Positions 58,362 to 64,000 of a stretch of 64,000 bases of DNA are shown piece by piece; the stretch's first letter is position 1, and every line of letters starts with the position of its first letter. The translations under genes were made by a program, and so were the position numbers. The stretch spans positions 1 through 64,000 of the forward strand of contig NIVC01002047.1 of the NCBI GenBank assembly GCA_002269645.1, read 5' to 3'. Source of the DNA: Macrostomum lignano (lineage: Eukaryota). Under the pieces are notes generated by a model. The model ran no database searches and was not told where the DNA came from. It worked only from the letters and a program-made list of their open reading frames with translations.

Positions 58362-60716
58362 TCAGGTGGCAAAACTGTCAGACAGAACCTTGGACACCGA
58401 GGCCAAGCTGAGGATGCAGGTCTCCAAAAGCTTCTCCAAGTTTTTCTGCTTCGCCTCAGACCCGTCGCCGCCGTTGCCGCTGCCAACTCCGCCGCCGGGC
58501 CCCCCGAAGCCGATGAGCTCGTGGGTCTCGTGCATCTCCTGGCGGAAGATCCGGCGAAACACCCGCAGGCTGCCCTCTTCGGCCAGCAGATTGACGACAT
58601 CCGAGTGCGGGTAGATTGACCGATAGACGAACACCTTCTGCACCTCCATGAGCTTGTCGTTGAGCATTCGCTGCCCCAGCAGGTCCAAGTCAGAGCCTGT
58701 CCCTCCCCCATCAAGCTTATCTGTTTGAAAGCTGCGCAGAGCGTCTATTGCGCCAGCCAGTTCAGTTCGGAAAGCTCGACGCAGGGCCGACCAAGATGAG
58801 CTGTTGAGTCTGCTCTGACCGCCTCTAGCCAAAATCAAGCTGGCATTCTCGGCCAGCTGGTACAGGTGGCTCATGGCTTCGTCAATCTCAGTGGCGTAGC
58901 TGGTCAGGTTGGTTGGCAGGATGGGCCGGTCGAGCAGGCTGTAGGCGATGCCGATGTAGTTGTGCACCGCGGCCAAGTGCGCTTTGCCACCCGGGTCTGT
59001 CAGGCGGTACAGCCGCACAGTGTCGTAGCGGCTATGGTAGAGATCGTACACAACCATCCTGGGTTCGTTAGGCCTGATGTAGGATAAGTCCACGATCGGT
59101 ACGCCTATGTTGCGCCAGAACACGTAATAATCGGAATAAGAGTCCGGCGTGATGTAGAAATGATGGTCGGGACTGGAGGTGCTTTTGCCCGGGTCGGGCA
59201 CTTCGGCGAACAGTTTGTCAAGGAAGCCGTGCCAACGACGGAACGCGTGCACCATGACCTTCCAGTGGCCCATGATGTCCGTGTCGGTGTTGATGTAGCC
59301 GACTAGACGCCGATTGGCTCGCAGAATCTCCTCGTCCAGCCACTCGGCGCTGCCGATCAGGTTCCACTCCTCGGCATCCCAGCTGCACAGCAGGAGGCTG
59401 CGCCTCGGCCTCCAGCCTGTGGCGCTGTGAAACTCGGCCAAGGCTCGGCTGATCTCCAGCAGCGAGCTCAGGCCCGTGTGCGGATCCAATGCGCCAGAGT
59501 GCCAGGCGTCCCGGTGTCCACCAACCAGCACGACGCGGTCGGGCTCCACTGAGCCCGTCAGCTCCGCGCAGATGTCCTGCACCGGCCTTAGCGACTGTTT
59601 CATCGGCCAGTTGATTTGAAGGAACAACTCGCTGCTGCTGTCCGACTGAAGCGCCTTGTTGAGCAGATCGACGTCAGCTTTGGAGATCGGCACCGTCGGA
59701 TGGTCCGGCTGGCTCAGCGGCGGCCCGCCTTCCAGACGGACAGCGTACGGCTTCGATGGGAACATCGGCGTGGTCGGATCGCCTTTGACGTTGGTGTTCA
59801 GAGTGGTTTTCATGGAGATCAGCGTGTCCGGCACCCCGGTGCCCTCCGGGTAGACTGGCACCCCAGGCCGCGACTCCATGGCCCGGTTCTTCAGCACACC
59901 TGCGGTCATGTTCAGGACGGTGATGTTGATGAAGGCGGAGACTGGCCGGTCGCCTAGAATCACCTTGTCCGACAGAGCTAGTCGCAGCTGCTCAGGACTA
60001 GTTGCCTTGGCAACTGTTTCCTTCAACTTTTCCAACGTTAACAATCGAAATTTGCCCTGCAGCGGCTTGGTGAACGGAACAATTGACGGCAAAGCGTCGG
60101 CCGCGGCCTCCAGCTCAGTGATGGGCGCATCAAGGCGCAGCGTGACATTGCACCGGGCGTCCATTCCGTTCAAGCTGCCTCTGCACAGTCTGACGCCAAC
60201 CTGATCTTTCGAAGTTGAACTGTCGGTGTCCAAATATGACAGCAGCACCGAGTAGGTTCGATTGAAGACTTTCAGGCCGAGCTTGCGCCAGTTGTTGGCC
60301 ACGTATTCGGCGTGGTAGATGGCGCCGGGAGTGCCGGCGCGAGACTGACGGCTGGACAGAGCGGCTACGTGTTGGTCCAGCAGAGCGGAGTTCGGCACCA
60401 GACCGCGCAGCTTATCGCGATTCAATTTCAATGTCGAGTCGTCGATCCACCGGTTCGACTGGCGGCCAATCCGACTGCTCGGCGAGGTCAACGCCAGCGT
60501 GGTGACGGCGAAGCTGACCAGGCAGCCGAGCACGAAGGCGGCGGCGATCAGGCTGGCAACAATTCCGGTGGCACCGCAGCAGCAGCATCTCCGCTGTGTC
60601 CACTGCAGCTTCGGCTCTTCATCTTCGGCTGTCTCCACTTTTTCGTAGCAGCCGCCGCTACCAGCTCCGACCAGTTGCTGGCGCTGCTGGTTGCCGCTGT
60701 TATTCGCTTCCGCCAT
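58362..60716 (-). CDS. Glutamate carboxypeptidase II / NAALADase-like M28B type II membrane metallopeptidase, intronless (784 aa)
   Basis: N-terminal TM; GDPTTP; VLVGGHRDAW..GALDP; GWRPRRSLLLCSWDAEEWNLIGSAEW; GYINTD; LYHSRYDT; C-terminal helical domain RMLNDKLM. Zn ligands and the catalytic Glu are present. Confidence 0.93.
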   Translation of the reverse strand: MAEANNSGNQQRQQLVGAGSGGCYEKVETAEDEEPKLQWTQRRCCCCGATGIVASLIAAAFVLGCLVSFAVTTLALTSPSSRIGRQSNRWIDDSTLKLNRDKLRGLVPNSALLDQHVAALSSRQSRAGTPGAIYHAEYVANNWRKLGLKVFNRTYSVLLSYLDTDSSTSKDQVGVRLCRGSLNGMDARCNVTLRLDAPITELEAAADALPSIVPFTKPLQGKFRLLTLEKLKETVAKATSPEQLRLALSDKVILGDRPVSAFINITVLNMTAGVLKNRAMESRPGVPVYPEGTGVPDTLISMKTTLNTNVKGDPTTPMFPSKPYAVRLEGGPPLSQPDHPTVPISKADVDLLNKALQSDSSSELFLQINWPMKQSLRPVQDICAELTGSVEPDRVVLVGGHRDAWHSGALDPHTGLSSLLEISRALAEFHSATGWRPRRSLLLCSWDAEEWNLIGSAEWLDEEILRANRRLVGYINTDTDIMGHWKVMVHAFRRWHGFLDKLFAEVPDPGKSTSSPDHHFYITPDSYSDYYVFWRNIGVPIVDLSYIRPNEPRMVVYDLYHSRYDTVRLYRLTDPGGKAHLAAVHNYIGIAYSLLDRPILPTNLTSYATEIDEAMSHLYQLAENASLILARGGQSRLNSSSWSALRRAFRTELAGAIDALRSFQTDKLDGGGTGSDLDLLGQRMLNDKLMEVQKVFVYRSIYPHSDVVNLLAEEGSLRVFRRIFRQEMHETHELIGFGGPGGGVGSGNGGDGSEAKQKNLEKLLETCILSLASVSKVLSDSFAT

Positions 60717-61414
60717 GTCCAGTTTCTGTTTCTGCTACTAAAAGACAGCAGAAAGTTGATTCATTGTGCTAAAAAACTGCAAACTCGTCTCTATTAAACA
60801 AAAGGCAAAGTCCAAGTGGCTGCCACTTCGGTGTCCTTACGAAACTCGATGCGAACTTTCCGCGCACCCAGGCTGGTCTGAATTTACACGGCTGTCCTAC
60901 CAACACGATCCCATGCAGCTAGGGATTTCTGGACTGCCGTATCAACGCAAGCTGTTAGATTGGCCCAACAAAATCTCAGCCAATCAGCGCGCGCACACCA
61001 GCCTGTAGGACGTAATTCGCAACCTATTAGTTAATTTAATAGCGTTGGAAGTTTCTATTGCGCACTTGATCTGTTGATAGTAATCACACAGTATAGTATC
61101 TACGAAACTGTGATTCTTGCTGTCAAGACGCCCTCTCAACCGTTATAATCAATGCATGATCAATAATTATGATCCTAGCATTTGTGTGGAATTTCTCGCG
61201 AGCTGCGCAAATATTGAATTGTCGAAATTTTCTGTTGAAATTTTAACGATTTTGCGCTAATGAATCTGAATTAATAGTGTTTTGTCGCCTTGTATCTGGG
61301 AGAGAGGTCGTTCCCAGGCTTTCTGGGGCAGCTAGAGGGGTTGGAGGTGTTGGGTGCAGGTGTACCCAATATGTTGTACTCGCAATAAAGTACTCACCAC
61401 TTCGCACAGTAGAT

Positions 61415-62487
61415 AAGGGCCGTGCAGTGGATAATTAAGGGCCGTGCAGTGGATAATTCTGGGCCGTGCAGTGGATAATTGTGGGCCGTACAGTGGATAA
61501 TTCTGGGCCGTGCAGTGGATAATTGTGGGCCGTACAGTGGATAATTCTGGGCCGTGCAGTGGATAATTCTGGGCCGTGCAGTGGATAATTGTGGGCCGTA
61601 CAGTGGATAATTCTGGGCCGTGCAGTGGATAATTGTGGGCCGTGCAGTGGATAATTCTGGGCCGTACAGTGGATAATTGTGGGCCGTGCAGTGGATAATT
61701 GTGGGCCGTGCAGTGGATAATTCTGGGCCGTGCAGTGGATAATTCTGGGCCGTGCAGTGGATAATTGTGGGCCGTGCAGTGGATAATTGTGGGCCGTGCA
61801 GTGGATAATTGTGGGCCGTACAGTGGATAATTGTGGGCCGTGCAGTGGATAATTCTGGGCCGTGCAGTGGATAATTCTGGGCCGTGCAGTTGATAATTCT
61901 GGGCCGTGCAGTGGATAATTGTGGGCCGTGCAGTGGATAATTGTGGGCCGTGCAGTGGATAATTGTGGGCCGTACAGTGGATAATTCTGGGCCGTGCAGT
62001 GGATAATTGTGGGCCGTGCAGTGGATAATTCTGGGCCGTGCAGTTGATAATTCTGGGCCGTGCAGTGGATAATTCTGGGCCGTGCAGTGGATAATTCTGG
62101 GCCGTGCAGTGGATAATTGTGGGCCGTACAGTGGATAATTGTGGGCCGTGCAGTGGATAATTGTGGGCCGTGCAGTGGATAATTCTGGGCCGTGCAGTGG
62201 ATAATTCTGGGCCGTGCAGTGGATAATAAGGGCCGTGCAGTGGATAATTCTGGGCCGTACAGTGGATAATAAGGGCCGTACAGTGGATAATTGTGGGCCG
62301 TGCAGTGGATAATTGTGGGCCGTGCAGTGGATAATTCTGGGCCGTACAGTGGATAATTAAGGGCCGTGCAGTGGATAATTCTGTGCTGTGCAGTGGATAA
62401 TTCTGGGCCGTGCAGTGGATAATTGTGGGCCGTGCAGTGGATAATTCTGGGCCGTGCAGTGGATAATTCTGGGCCGTGCAGTGGATA
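61415..62487. repeat. 22-bp minisatellite (GGGCCGTGCAGTGGATAATTCT)n
   Basis: About 48 tandem copies. Confidence 0.96.
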
Positions 62488-62835
62488 GAGTATGACGCAA
62501 TAAAGTCAAAAAAGAAAATACAGATTCAAAATAGCCCTCACGCGGCAAGTCTTGGGCAAAAAAATTTCGTTGCTGCCTACTATTTGTCCAGTAGGCTATT
62601 TCGTAGCATGCCCGAGTATTTATTTGTTCAGGATTAAACTCCCCCAGCAACCAATGGAAATCGCTTTTTCCCCAACTGATGAATACTTCTTCGAGACGTG
62701 TCTTGCTTCTCCCCAGGATTTCTTAAGTCGTGCAGACCGATTGCTAGCTAGCTAAGAAAAATCCAGCCCTCAAAAGCAGAAAGTCAGCATTAAAACTCTA
62801 TCTTAAGCGTACTGACAGCCGAAGACCTTGAAGCC

Positions 62836-64000
62836 ATGGACGAGCAAACTGCCACAAATGCCTCGAATTCAACTAGGTAAGCTGGAAGGCATTTAACTTC
62901 TAACCAGCGCCATAATCTATACAGTCAGTGTAACACACAGGCGCCATAATCTATACAGTCAGTGTAACACACAGGCGCCATAATCTATACAGTAAGTGTA
63001 ACACACTGGCGCCATAATCTATACAGTCAGTGTAACACACAGGCGCCATAAACTATACAGTCAGTGTAACACACACAGGCGCCATAATCTATACAGTCAG
63101 TGTAACACACACAGGCGCCATAATCTATACAGTCAGTGTAACACACAGGCGCCATAATCTATACAGTCAGTGTAACACACAGGCGCCATAATCTATACAG
63201 TAAGTGTAACACACTGGCGCCATAATCTATACAGTCAGTGTAACACACAGGCGCCATAAACTATACAGTCAGTGTAACACACACAGGCGCCATAATCTAT
63301 ACAGTCAGTGTAACACACAGGCGCCATAATCTATACAGTCAGTGTAACACACACAGGCGCCATAATCTACAGTCAGTTTAACACACAGGCGCCATAATCT
63401 ACAGTCAGTGTAACACACAGGCGCCATAATCTATACAGTAAGTGTAACACACACAGGCGCCATAATCTATACAGTAAGTGTAACACACACAGGCGCCATA
63501 ATCTATACAGTAAGTGTAACACACACAGGCGCCATAATCTATACAGTCAGTGTAACACACAGGCGCCATAATCTATACAGTCAGTGTAACACACAGGCGC
63601 CATAATCTATACAGTAAGTGTAACACACACAGGCGCCATAATCTATACAGTCAGTTTAACACACAGGCGCCATAATCTATACAGTCAGTGTAACACACAG
63701 GTGCCATAATCTACAGTCAGTGTAACACACAGGCGTCAAGACTCACAGAAGTCATTACTCATCATAATCTTTCTCCTTTGTTGAATTACTCGCATGCCAG
63801 CGTCAACAACGGCCTGTTCCGTCGCGAGCTGGTGATCCTTGACATCAGCCTCACTGTTGTGATCGCTCTGTTTGGCCTCGGAGGCAATGCGCTCACCGTC
63901 CGAGTACTTCGAGAGCCGAACCTTCGACGAACCAGCACAGCTTTCTACTTTACTGTGCTCGCCGCTGTGGACATTCTCGTCCTGTTGATTGGGCCGTCTA
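62836..64000 (+). CDS. Rhodopsin-family (peptide-receptor-like) GPCR, 5' part. Exon 1 62836-62876, exon 2 from about 63717, runs off the window
   Basis: Exon 2 frame reads ISLTVVIALFGLGGNALTVRVL..LRRTSTAFYFTVLAAVDILVLL (TM1 GxxGN, TM2 LAxxD). Exon 1 MDEQTATNASNST has two N-glycosylation sequons and an AG|GTAAG phase-2 donor that fits an acceptor at 63715-16. Confidence 0.82.
62905..63736. repeat. 34-bp minisatellite (GCGCCATAATCTATACAGTCAGTGTAACACACAG)n inside the GPCR intron
   Basis: About 24 tandem copies. The unit spans an intron-end/exon-start junction. Confidence 0.95.

Overview
This is eukaryotic (metazoan) genomic DNA, not prokaryotic. GC-rich exons, short GT-AG introns, polyQ/polyA tracts and about 25% minisatellite content suggest a free-living flatworm such as Macrostomum; that assignment is inference. 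Host genes reconstructed by hand: a single-exon Cys-rich type I receptor (10968-12194 +), a 7-exon transmembrane SEA/EGF mucin (16174-21902 +), a divergent BIR+UBA IAP-like gene (about 25243-26950 -), a 5-exon A20/AN1 zinc-finger gene (28327-32385 -), a polyQ protein (37318-39615 +), an intronless glutamate carboxypeptidase II-like M28 peptidase (58362-60716 -) and the start of a rhodopsin-type GPCR (62836-64000 +). Mobile DNA: a truncated Penelope-like element with a hammerhead ribozyme, a decayed LOA-clade LINE abutting an inverted Gypsy fragment, an RTE 3' fragment, a young LOA LINE with an uninterrupted APE-RT-RNase H ORF and 15-bp TSD, two tRNA-derived SINE copies, two hAT MITEs and a Mutator/foldback MITE. 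There are about 20 tandem arrays, including a 6.3-kb 29-mer with higher-order structure. Best leads: (1) focal CpG-free, TpA-rich islands where MITE arms record CG>TG/CA>TA decay; (2) a SINE whose 3' double hairpin covaries with the LOA LINE 3' UTR; (3) the Penelope hammerhead; (4) a BIR domain with a ~24-aa insertion; (5) a minisatellite made by amplifying a GPCR splice acceptor. All alignments and folds were done by eye and no database search was run.
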